Shown here in pieces: positions 1 to 8,271 of a DNA stretch of 38,259 nucleotides (within the stretch, counting starts at the first letter, position 1; the number at the start of each line of letters is the position of its first letter). Location of the stretch: IMG/VR virus record IMGVR_UViG_3300029317_000038, positions 1 to 38,259 of that record. One strand, 5' to 3'. The stretch is from a virus. Its lineage: Duplodnaviria > Caudoviricetes. Position numbers and translations under genes: made by a program. The notes beneath the pieces are model-generated. The model had not been told where the DNA came from. It worked only from the letters and a program-made list of their open reading frames with translations, and ran no database searches.

Positions 1-6
1 ATGAAC

Positions 7-34
7 GGAATGTACATGTATGTCTTGGCCCTAT
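7..34. repeat. Left telomere half-site (telL); inverted repeat of 38232..38259
   Basis: GGAATGTACATGTATGTCTTGGCCCTAT matches the reverse complement of the last 28 nt at 25/28 positions. Confidence 0.85.
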
Positions 35-360
35 CTAATGTGTATATTTATGCCCTATATATGACTATATATAATTAGACATAGGGTTATAATATGCACA
101 TATATTAATAAAGCTTTTACACATAGGGCTAAAACATTCACCGACACAGGCAAGGCCGCCGCCAACACTCATATACTTTCATGACCAGAGAAAAACCAAG
201 GGCAAGCCACCAAAAAAGCCAGTACCCGCCATGCATATCACCCAGCAACAAGCGGCAGGCCCTTTTCCGGTTACAAGACACCACGCCGCAAAGCCTTTAA
301 ATTCAATGACTTAGCCATCATCAAAGCGGCAGGCAAATATTTTTATATAAAAGTTTTGAT

Positions 361-384
361 TTACGTATTTACGTATATACGGTT
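361..384. repeat. Octamer array 1 (TTACGTAT TTACGTAT ATACGGTT) in the parA upstream region
   Basis: Three in-phase 8-mers with a central CG, same family as seven other arrays. Confidence 0.7.
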
Positions 385-430
385 ATGTGCTGTTATATAG
401 GGGCAAAACACATATATGAGGGGGTACCGA

Positions 431-1102
431 ATGACTGCAACCGTAATAGCTATCGCTAACCAGAAGGGCGGCGTTGGCAAGACAACCGTTTCCATCAACC
501 TAACCTGCATGCTTAACAGCATGGGCCACAGGGTTGAACTGATAAACCTGGACCCACAGGGCACAGCAATTGACTGGGCAGAAGCGAGGGCCGAACACAG
601 GCCAGACGACTGCACCTTTCGCGTTTCTAGCATGGGCAAAAATGTACAAAGTGAACTGGGTAGTATCAAGTCATCCGCTGACTTTATAATCATCGATGGC
701 GCGCCACAGGCCACCGACTTAACGATCGCAGCCATCAAGGCCGCCGATATCTTTGTAATGCCGCTACAGCCATCACAGGCCGATGCATGGTCCACAGATA
801 GCACGGTGGACTTTGTACAGCAGATTCATGAGATGCGCGGCAAAGAAGAGCCTTACGCCTGCTTCCTGCCAGTGATGGTTCTCAAAAATTCAATAGAGAG
901 CCGCACATTCTCAGACAATTTAACCAAGGGCTATGGCTTCCCAAGCCTTAAATCACGCACCACGCAGCGCCTACCGTACCAGCGCGCATTTGTGGGCGGT
1001 GGCTCTGTAATGGACCTGCCAGAAGAAGACCAGGCACGCCATGAGATAAAGATGCTGGCCAAAGAACTTATTGAAATTTCGGAGGGTATCCGTGGAAATT
1101 AA
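431..1102 (+). CDS. parA: ParA-family Walker ATPase (short, ParF/type Ib-like, no N-terminal HTH)
   Basis: Deviant Walker [24 protein letters not shown]; ATG 431 preceded by GAGGGGG. Confidence 0.93.
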   Translation: MTATVIAIANQKGGVGKTTVSINLTCMLNSMGHRVELINLDPQGTAIDWAEARAEHRPDDCTFRVSSMGKNVQSELGSIKSSADFIIIDGAPQATDLTIAAIKAADIFVMPLQPSQADAWSTDSTVDFVQQIHEMRGKEEPYACFLPVMVLKNSIESRTFSDNLTKGYGFPSLKSRTTQRLPYQRAFVGGGSVMDLPEEDQARHEIKMLAKELIEISEGIRGN

Positions 1103-1415
1103 TTCAAGAAGAGGTAATCGCGAGCGTGCCGACTTAAAGAAGGTCATCGCCGATGAGCTCACCATATCTGGCTCAGTTGAACGGTTTTTTGCTGAAGACA
1201 AGTCTGCCCGACTAGAAACAACTATTCCGGGCAAAATGAAGCGCGACCTAAAAGAACTTACCAGCTGCATAGATACACCTAAAGACGTACCACGCTCAGC
1301 CAACCGCCTCATAGTAGAAGCGCTGCAGGATCTATTTATTAAGTACGGCAAGGGTGAGGGCGAATTCAATTTAAACGATGAACCACTATTCCGAGGCTCA
1401 TACAACAAACAGTAA
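1092..1415 (+). CDS. Small partition partner, probable ribbon-helix-helix centromere-binding protein (ParG/omega-like)
   Basis: Overlaps the parA stop; GGAGG then GTG at 1092; RLETTIP strand, KMKRDLKEL helix and [14 protein letters not shown] helix fit an RHH pattern. Confidence 0.65.
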   Translation: MEINSRRGNRERADLKKVIADELTISGSVERFFAEDKSARLETTIPGKMKRDLKELTSCIDTPKDVPRSANRLIVEALQDLFIKYGKGEGEFNLNDEPLFRGSYNKQ

Positions 1416-1426
1416 ATAGCGCCCAC

Positions 1427-1462
1427 AAAAAAAGCCCGCTGCATTTCTGCAGCGGGCTTTTT
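1427..1462. terminator. Bidirectional rho-independent terminator
   Basis: AAAAAAAGCCCGCTGCA-TTTC-TGCAGCGGGCTTTTT between convergent genes. Confidence 0.9.
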
Positions 1463-1520
1463 ACGCAAAACACGATCGGAGATGACCGGTTAAAATTTAG
1501 TTTACTACAACTTCATCCAT

Positions 1521-2003
1521 CTACCAATCTGCATCCGCAGTAGCTTCCTTCTCGGCCTTCATACTCAGCTCAAAATCAGCCGCCAAGGCATTCATTTTTG
1601 CAATGATCGGCGTGGACAAATACGCATATTCTGGCTGGGTCTGGTACTGCACATGGCGATAATCATTAAACTGAATGCGCGCCTTATTGTCTTTAACATC
1701 AATGCGAATGGCATAGCGATAATTAAACGGCACCTGGGTCAGGCCACCGGCAATATAAATAGTCACAATACCACGGCCCATAATGCGGCCAGCCTCTTTG
1801 TTCTTGTTTTGCACAACATCCTGCGCCGATACAAAAGTCGAGGCCACCCACATCGATGCACGATCATAAAGAGCAGCCTTATCAATGCCCGGCACATCCA
1901 CCACACGGGCCACATCGCTTTTCTCAGGCGACACTTTCGTATAGTCCAGACTCGAACAACCAACCACAATAAACGCGATCACAGACAATAACAGGGCCTT
2001 CAT
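1521..2003 (-). CDS. Lipoprotein (DUF4468-like), probable moron
   Basis: Signal MKALLLSVIAFIVVG-C lipobox; AAGGAG RBS; candidate own promoter. Confidence 0.8.
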   Translation of the reverse strand: MKALLLSVIAFIVVGCSSLDYTKVSPEKSDVARVVDVPGIDKAALYDRASMWVASTFVSAQDVVQNKNKEAGRIMGRGIVTIYIAGGLTQVPFNYRYAIRIDVKDNKARIQFNDYRHVQYQTQPEYAYLSTPIIAKMNALAADFELSMKAEKEATADADW

Positions 2004-2031
2004 AACTCACTCCTTTGACAATAAAGGCCCC

Positions 2032-2059
2032 ATCCTAATTAAAATATAACTGGGCGCAA
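2032..2059 (-). promoter_or_regulatory. Candidate sigma70 promoter for the lipoprotein gene
   Basis: TTGCGC-16 nt-TAGGAT on the minus strand. Confidence 0.4.
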
Positions 2060-2067
2060 GGATATCA

Positions 2068-2547
2068 TCATATTTTAAGGCCTAATGTATAAAGCGAGTC
2101 GGCGATTATATTCAAGCGAGCCATTTTAAAGGCAGGTACCGGCACACCCACATGGGGCATAATTGAAGTTTTAATGTGGTCCTTATCAACCTGATCAAGC
2201 CACAGAGACACCAGCTGATTTAAGAAAAACAGCTGCCCGGTAAACACCGGTGGGTGATCAAAGTAATGCCACTTACCCAATCGGCTAGAAACTGTCTCCT
2301 CAAAGTCACCACCCAGCAGATAATTCCAAAGCCGATCGTAAATAATCCACTGGCCAAACCAGTAAGGACTACCCAGCACGGCCAAGGGCGCACCAATCAC
2401 CACTAGGGCAATCAAGCCAAGGGCCTTAAACACTAGAATGCAAAACATGGCCACCACGGAAAACAAAATACCCACCACCAGGCACACCACCGCCCAAAGC
2501 CGCCTACTGGCTTCAGGCAATGAGAGGAACCAGGCGATAGAATTCAT
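2068..2547 (-). CDS. Phage membrane protein of unknown function
   Basis: Two N-terminal hydrophobic segments, GGDFEETVSSRLGK motif, starts 2 nt after the tail-tip gene stop. Confidence 0.7.
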   Translation of the reverse strand: MNSIAWFLSLPEASRRLWAVVCLVVGILFSVVAMFCILVFKALGLIALVVIGAPLAVLGSPYWFGQWIIYDRLWNYLLGGDFEETVSSRLGKWHYFDHPPVFTGQLFFLNQLVSLWLDQVDKDHIKTSIMPHVGVPVPAFKMARLNIIADSLYTLGLKI

Positions 2548-2549
2548 AT

Positions 2550-5276
2550 TTAAACCTCTACCGGCGCCAGCGCATCATCATAAGCAAACACGCGTTCATC
2601 GTAATTAATGGCAGTTAAACGAACCTTGTCGGTGCCCTGGGGTTTAATATCTGTCACCAGCACCCGCTCACACCACTGAGAATCGGCCCCAAACATAAAC
2701 AACGGGGGCTCCTGGGTACCGTTAATTACAGGGGTAAAATCAAGGTCAGCATCGATGACAACCGTGGACACATCAGCACCCTGTGTGCATGAATAGGGAC
2801 CGGATAGCGTGCCATTTGATTTACGAATACCAATATAATTGGTGCCCGCCGCCCACTCTAAATCGGCATTAACCGTAATGGTGCGCCCGGCTATTGCCTC
2901 AACCCGCCCTGTTTGACTAAAGCCGGGAATGTCGATTCCCAGCGCGTCATAGCTTAAATAATTACTGTTCAGGCCGTCCATTTCAGTGGTCCAGGTATGC
3001 TGCACACGGCGGTAACGGCGCTCACTTCCTCGGCGCATGCCAGCTTGGTACGCCTTATCCTTGCTAGTAATGCCAAAAGCACGATACTGCTCAGGATTTA
3101 AACCCGCTTCACCAGGCAACAAGCACAAGATGGTTTCAGGTTTACGGGACTCAAGCGAAAAATACTCCACTTCAACACCGTCTTTTTCCGCTTCATCGAT
3201 TAGAGTCGCGTTCATCTTCCATGAACCTTTAACCATGTTATCGGCTTGATACATGTAATTAAGGTATTCGCGCGGCTCATCACGCACGGGAATTATCTGC
3301 CCAAAATCCAAAGTAGGCTTGGCAAATCCCACGGCCAACACGCGCTTTAACGCCTCCCAGATCGTAATCTCATTATCAAATATGGCATTAAACTCATCAC
3401 CACGGGCAGCCCATGTTTGATGAAGGCGGTACAGCTCAACCAAGTCTATCTGGTCAGCCGTATACCCTGCCGACAAGCACATATGATAAAACGCAGGGGC
3501 AATATCCGTGGTGGCCTGAAACTGGGTAAAGTCGCCATTGGCATCAAACGTCAGCAGCTTGCGAGTAGCAACCACATTAATTTTGTTTTCAGAGCTAGAT
3601 GAAAGCGCGTTGCTGCCTTTAATTTTTAACGCCAATGTGGTCTTACCTGGATAACTAGTCACGGTAGCCAGCTCGGCCCGCAAACCCGTCCAGGTGATTT
3701 TTTCACTTAACCGGATATTATCTTCTTGGTGGCTCACTCGCTCCACCTGCACTTCTACCGCCATTTTACTGGGCAGGTTAATCTCTATGGTGCGGCCAAA
3801 CTGGTCCCGAGTGGCTTCACTGAATGTATGGGATACTTTAGTCCACGCCGTGGTGCCGGTTTCGCGCCAAGCAATCTCAATATCCACACTATGATTGCTC
3901 ACACTGCCGTTATCATTTAAACGTCCTAATCCATCAAAATTAAAATCCAGCTCTATTAAATTGGTAACTTCTCCCACAGGGGTGGCCGTAAATGCACCAA
4001 TGGCCACCGGGTTAATGGTGCCATCAATTAATTCGGCGGTAATATCGTAATAACGATAGGCAGCGGGAAATCCGGTCCAATCAGGCTCACCCACCTTTGA
4101 TACGGCAATGTTGTTGCCGCCTCCATAGGTGTCTTCTATTTGGTATAAACCCAGCAAAGGATCATCACGCAGCAAACGAATCAATACGCGAGTGGCAGGC
4201 ACCAACCAGGTCACGTCATTGCCATCCAGGTCGGTTAATTCCATTACGGTATCGGTAACGCTTTTAACCAAGTACGTGCCATTGTTTGCAGCCACACCCA
4301 CTAGCTGAATTTTGTCACCTACACTGGCCACACTTAAACCAAAATCGGCCACAACTTGGTCGGCATTAGCGCCGCCCATGTCGATTAAATCCACCACACC
4401 TTCAAAAATCTCGGTATCGGCACCCAATCCGTTTAATTGTATCTGGCTGCCAACGGGCCACCCAATGTTATAAATATTGCCGGTGCCATCATAAAATTTC
4501 AGCAGCCCAGGGGTATCAACGCCCCCCGCTTGAAGCTTGGTTTCAATGTAGCGGTACGAGCCCTCTTCGGCCACAAATCGATACGATGGGGCATCTATCA
4601 ATAAGCCGCCATTATCCACCTCGGGGGCCTCGTAAAAATTGCGGTGCGCCTCATGGCCCGACACATCAACACCCGGGCCAAATACTTGATGCTCAATATC
4701 ACCCGCATAGTTATCAATTGAAGTATTGCCAATAACAATATCAGCAGCGCTTATTTGGTACTCACCCTTACCCACGCACAACAAAAAATACTTCCAGCTC
4801 TCATCATTTTGATAATGCTGGCGCGGCCTATTTAATACATCAGGGTAATTCAAATGCTTGCCAAGATGCTCGGGCACGGTACCCATCAACCTAACCTTAT
4901 TTCCCTGTGCATTGGCATCGTAAATGGGCGAGCCACTTGGGGTGGTAGAATTGTAGTTATCAGGAATTTTATTGGCGTAATAAATAGCGGCGGCGGCACT
5001 CACCACGGCAATCACCACCATGGCAATAGTCACCACCTCTTTTGGCTCCACAAAAAATTCCAAAAGCGCGCCATGGGTTAACACGGTTTTACCCCATAAA
5101 TCGGCGGGCACATCCAAGCCATTCAGGCACACACTGTAAAGCGGCACATCCAAACGCTCATAACCCGGCACGCCACCTATTAACCATTGCTCAACGGTCA
5201 GGCCCGCTTCACAGCTAAGGGCCTCGTATTCTGTTGTAACTAATTTGTTGGGATAAACTCGAATCTCTACACTCAT
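2550..5276 (-). CDS. Tail tip / central fibre protein (lambda gpJ-like, with gpI-like N-terminus)
   Basis: 908 aa at the end of the tail operon; GNKVRLMGTVPEHLG motif and C-terminal AINYDERVF typical of tip proteins. Confidence 0.85.
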   Translation of the reverse strand: MSVEIRVYPNKLVTTEYEALSCEAGLTVEQWLIGGVPGYERLDVPLYSVCLNGLDVPADLWGKTVLTHGALLEFFVEPKEVVTIAMVVIAVVSAAAAIYYANKIPDNYNSTTPSGSPIYDANAQGNKVRLMGTVPEHLGKHLNYPDVLNRPRQHYQNDESWKYFLLCVGKGEYQISAADIVIGNTSIDNYAGDIEHQVFGPGVDVSGHEAHRNFYEAPEVDNGGLLIDAPSYRFVAEEGSYRYIETKLQAGGVDTPGLLKFYDGTGNIYNIGWPVGSQIQLNGLGADTEIFEGVVDLIDMGGANADQVVADFGLSVASVGDKIQLVGVAANNGTYLVKSVTDTVMELTDLDGNDVTWLVPATRVLIRLLRDDPLLGLYQIEDTYGGGNNIAVSKVGEPDWTGFPAAYRYYDITAELIDGTINPVAIGAFTATPVGEVTNLIELDFNFDGLGRLNDNGSVSNHSVDIEIAWRETGTTAWTKVSHTFSEATRDQFGRTIEINLPSKMAVEVQVERVSHQEDNIRLSEKITWTGLRAELATVTSYPGKTTLALKIKGSNALSSSSENKINVVATRKLLTFDANGDFTQFQATTDIAPAFYHMCLSAGYTADQIDLVELYRLHQTWAARGDEFNAIFDNEITIWEALKRVLAVGFAKPTLDFGQIIPVRDEPREYLNYMYQADNMVKGSWKMNATLIDEAEKDGVEVEYFSLESRKPETILCLLPGEAGLNPEQYRAFGITSKDKAYQAGMRRGSERRYRRVQHTWTTEMDGLNSNYLSYDALGIDIPGFSQTGRVEAIAGRTITVNADLEWAAGTNYIGIRKSNGTLSGPYSCTQGADVSTVVIDADLDFTPVINGTQEPPLFMFGADSQWCERVLVTDIKPQGTDKVRLTAINYDERVFAYDDALAPVEV

Positions 5277-5304
5277 ATTTAACCCACTTATCTAATTTAA
5301 AAAG

Positions 5305-5706
5305 CTAATTAACAAATTCATAAAATTTAACCACTGGGGCTAGGCGTTTAAAGGCCCGCACCGATGTGGTTTTCACACCGTGGCTACTGGCAGTTTGCAG
5401 CACATCACACGCATTCAGGCACACACCCACATGGTGAAAAATAAGCTCATCACCACATTTTATAAAACAGCAGGCCAGTGCACCCGCCTTGGGTTGGCAG
5501 GGTTTAAAACTGGCTTGTGAATCATCAAAACAGCGATGTATGTCGGCCTCGCTGTCATGGCGATCAACACAACCAAAGCGCTCCAGCAATGGCTGGTTAA
5601 ATTCATGGTGAAGTACATGGCGCACTAGGCCCCAGCAATCCAAGCCCACGGCAATGTCCCTGCCGCCATCCACGTATGGCACAGAAAAATAATGATCAAT
5701 ATTCAT
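5305..5706 (-). CDS. NlpC/P60 tail assembly protein (gpK-like)
   Basis: PYVDGGR..GLDCWGLV and HHVGV catalytic motifs; position. Confidence 0.88.
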   Translation of the reverse strand: MNIDHYFSVPYVDGGRDIAVGLDCWGLVRHVLHHEFNQPLLERFGCVDRHDSEADIHRCFDDSQASFKPCQPKAGALACCFIKCGDELIFHHVGVCLNACDVLQTASSHGVKTTSVRAFKRLAPVVKFYEFVN

Positions 5707-5712
5707 AGGGCT

Positions 5713-6207
5713 TTAGAAGTACTTAAGGCCTGGGGCCAAGGTAGGTGTGTATTTTTCAAGAGGCCAAGCGCGGTTCACAAAATCATGAAAGTCGGCCATT
5801 ACATTCACGGTGCTGTAATCGGCACTTACGCCCGTGGCGGTCATCTCAATTTTGGGCTGCGCCGGTACCAAGTGATTAGAATCCAGATAGCACCGGTAAA
5901 TCACTTTGATTTTATCGCCGCTATCAATCACATCACGAATGGCCCGCAGCGCTTCACCGGTTACGTTATCCAATTGGAATTGGATATCTTGGTTACCACG
6001 CAACGACCGTTCCGGCAGCGACACACCATAAGGCCTGCCCTCAAAGACAACCGCTTGGCCATCCTCCAGGGTAAAGGTTTCGTCATTGAATCCCTGCACC
6101 CAGCGGTAAACACCACCGGGAAAGGAGGGGTTAATGAGTTCTAATAGGTGGTGCTTTAATTCAGATGAAGGGGCGCTGGCGTGAACGGTTTGAAGAACTA
6201 AGGACAT
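5713..6207 (-). CDS. Minor tail protein (gpL-like, DUF1833-type)
   Basis: Position before NlpC/P60; LDNVTGE and C-terminal WP..YTP..APGL motifs. Confidence 0.8.
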   Translation of the reverse strand: MSLVLQTVHASAPSSELKHHLLELINPSFPGGVYRWVQGFNDETFTLEDGQAVVFEGRPYGVSLPERSLRGNQDIQFQLDNVTGEALRAIRDVIDSGDKIKVIYRCYLDSNHLVPAQPKIEMTATGVSADYSTVNVMADFHDFVNRAWPLEKYTPTLAPGLKYF

Positions 6208-6229
6208 TAAACTAACCCACTATTGCCAA

Positions 6230-7792
6230 TTAATATTCAAAGCCGTCAATCGCGGCAGACATTACATTTGCAACCCTTGCTGTTCCAAGCGTATTTGGGT
6301 GCAGCCTATCCGAAGTATATGTCCCAATATTGCCGACACTAATACCGGCATCAGAATATAGATCTATCACCGGAATTGAATTCAATGCCGCCACATACTT
6401 GATCGCGTCATTGAAGTCTTGAACAGAATTCCCATTCTCATTAACCAGTCCAGCAGCTTGCCCGCCGCCCTGCCAATCCCTGTGCAGTATGGTCGTAAAA
6501 AATATTCGTGCGGTTGGATGTGCCGCCACCAACCCTGCTGCCAAAATTTTCAACGCCCCATAAAAATCGGTATCTAAGATTGAAGCCTCTGTGCCTAATG
6601 CCAGGCTTTTACCAAAATCATTTGTGCCGCCAAACACGGTAATAAGTTCGGGTGAACCGGTTATGTTTAGATACTCCGTCACCATGGGGGTTGCACCCTG
6701 ATTAACAATTGTCGTTCCAGATACGGCCAAATTTTGGTAAGAGTCTATATTTAATTTCGTTTGAATAAGGGGCGGGTAAGTGTTGGCGGCGGTGATACTG
6801 TCCCCTATCAACGCCCAAGACTTATCATTCCAATTACCTTCAACCGGATTACCCCTGGTTACACTACGCGCCATCAAATCAGCTGACTTTCTGACCATGC
6901 CAATATTCTTTCCGGCAAGATATTCAACCTGGACATTGGCCGTGTAATCATAACTAACCACTACTGAATACGAGGCATCCTTGGTCGCTTTCCCCTCTAT
7001 TTTAAAAACCCCTTTAATTAGCGACAGCCTCATATAGGTAACATCGACAGCTGTATCGTAACTAGGAATCAATCCTAAATCCGTAAACGCTCCAGCCTGA
7101 TCAACACGATACATTCGACCAATACCGCCCCCTGTTATCGTCATGATAATTGACGAACTGGGCCCAGTGGCGATAAGACAATATTCCAATCCTACCCGGT
7201 TGAATTCAACGGTATTGGTTTCATCCTTATTGAAAACAAGCCACGGATAGGGGAAAGTATTCACCGACATTGATATGTCGCCTGAATCATTAACAGTGGC
7301 TACGCCATCATTTTGAACAACGTCTGCTTGCTTTACATACCCGCCATAAAAATCCGACACCAAGTTAGATACCGGCGACACCTCTTCTTTTAACGGATGC
7401 ACCCCCACACCGGTCACCGCGTCCGTGGTGTTAGACGGATCTATAACATCGGTAGTGCGATAATAAACAGATAAAACCCAGGCCGACCCATCCCATCCAT
7501 ACAGGCCATTGCTACCAGGTACATCTTTCCAAACTTCAGACAGCGGAAAATCGCCATTAGAATCTGCGGTCGGTGCGCCCGATGCATCAAGCAGTGATTT
7601 AGTCTCAAAAGTTCGGTGACTTTGCACCATGGCTTGCAAGGCAGCAAACTTGTCAGCAATGGATTTTTGTAATGTTGGGCGCGTAACCAAATTGTAAGTG
7701 ACCGATTCAGTATCACTGCCAAATCCAATACTCTCTAATTTTTCAACCAGGTCTTGCACTTCAATTAATAATTCGCTTAATGTTGCAGCCAT
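6230..7792 (-). CDS. Tail-associated protein with C-terminal SGNH/GDSL hydrolase domain (candidate receptor-binding esterase)
   Basis: SGNH blocks GDSIT, AVSGT, GGTND, DRLHP; located inside the tail operon. Confidence 0.82.
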   Translation of the reverse strand: MAATLSELLIEVQDLVEKLESIGFGSDTESVTYNLVTRPTLQKSIADKFAALQAMVQSHRTFETKSLLDASGAPTADSNGDFPLSEVWKDVPGSNGLYGWDGSAWVLSVYYRTTDVIDPSNTTDAVTGVGVHPLKEEVSPVSNLVSDFYGGYVKQADVVQNDGVATVNDSGDISMSVNTFPYPWLVFNKDETNTVEFNRVGLEYCLIATGPSSSIIMTITGGGIGRMYRVDQAGAFTDLGLIPSYDTAVDVTYMRLSLIKGVFKIEGKATKDASYSVVVSYDYTANVQVEYLAGKNIGMVRKSADLMARSVTRGNPVEGNWNDKSWALIGDSITAANTYPPLIQTKLNIDSYQNLAVSGTTIVNQGATPMVTEYLNITGSPELITVFGGTNDFGKSLALGTEASILDTDFYGALKILAAGLVAAHPTARIFFTTILHRDWQGGGQAAGLVNENGNSVQDFNDAIKYVAALNSIPVIDLYSDAGISVGNIGTYTSDRLHPNTLGTARVANVMSAAIDGFEY

Positions 7793-7794
7793 TT

Positions 7795-8271
7795 TTACTC
7801 GCTCACATAATCAGTAATGGATTTATCCAGCGCATCACGTACAACCTGGGTGGGCTGGCTGATATCGTGAATTTTGGCGATAGTGTCTTCTTCCGAGATC
7901 ACTCTCAGATTTTTAATTTTCAATTTAGCGGTGATTTTCCAAAGGCTTTGGCTAATGGTCTGGGTGCTGTAATCGCCTTTAAACTGGCACTCATGGTCAA
8001 CCAAAACCTTGCCCACTTTAATCGGCATCACAAACCAATCCTGGCCACTGTGAATGATGTGGTGGTACCAGCCCTCGAATATCTCAAACTGCTCACCGGA
8101 CAATAAAAGCGTCATGGGCATATCAGCCGGCGGGCTTTTAAAGCGCCGCCGCTTGCGCGTATAACCAGAATCCTGCTTGGTTTCCAGCAACATCGAATTG
8201 CGATTTAGGCGGTGGCTTTTGAGTAACGGCAACGGCAGTTTTGGGTTTGGGTAACGGGTAAAATCTATCAT
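7795..8271 (-). CDS. Distal tail protein (gpM-like)
   Basis: Directly after tape measure; SGYTRKRRRF and FEGWY..GQDWF motifs. Confidence 0.75.
   Translation of the reverse strand: MIDFTRYPNPKLPLPLLKSHRLNRNSMLLETKQDSGYTRKRRRFKSPPADMPMTLLLSGEQFEIFEGWYHHIIHSGQDWFVMPIKVGKVLVDHECQFKGDYSTQTISQSLWKITAKLKIKNLRVISEEDTIAKIHDISQPTQVVRDALDKSITDYVSE

Noticed and set aside
250-334. 11-bp direct repeat AAGCGGCAGGC (250, 324) and IHF-like ATTCAATGACTTA (301..313)
   Set aside because: Only two copies and a one-mismatch IHF match; too weak to assign a function
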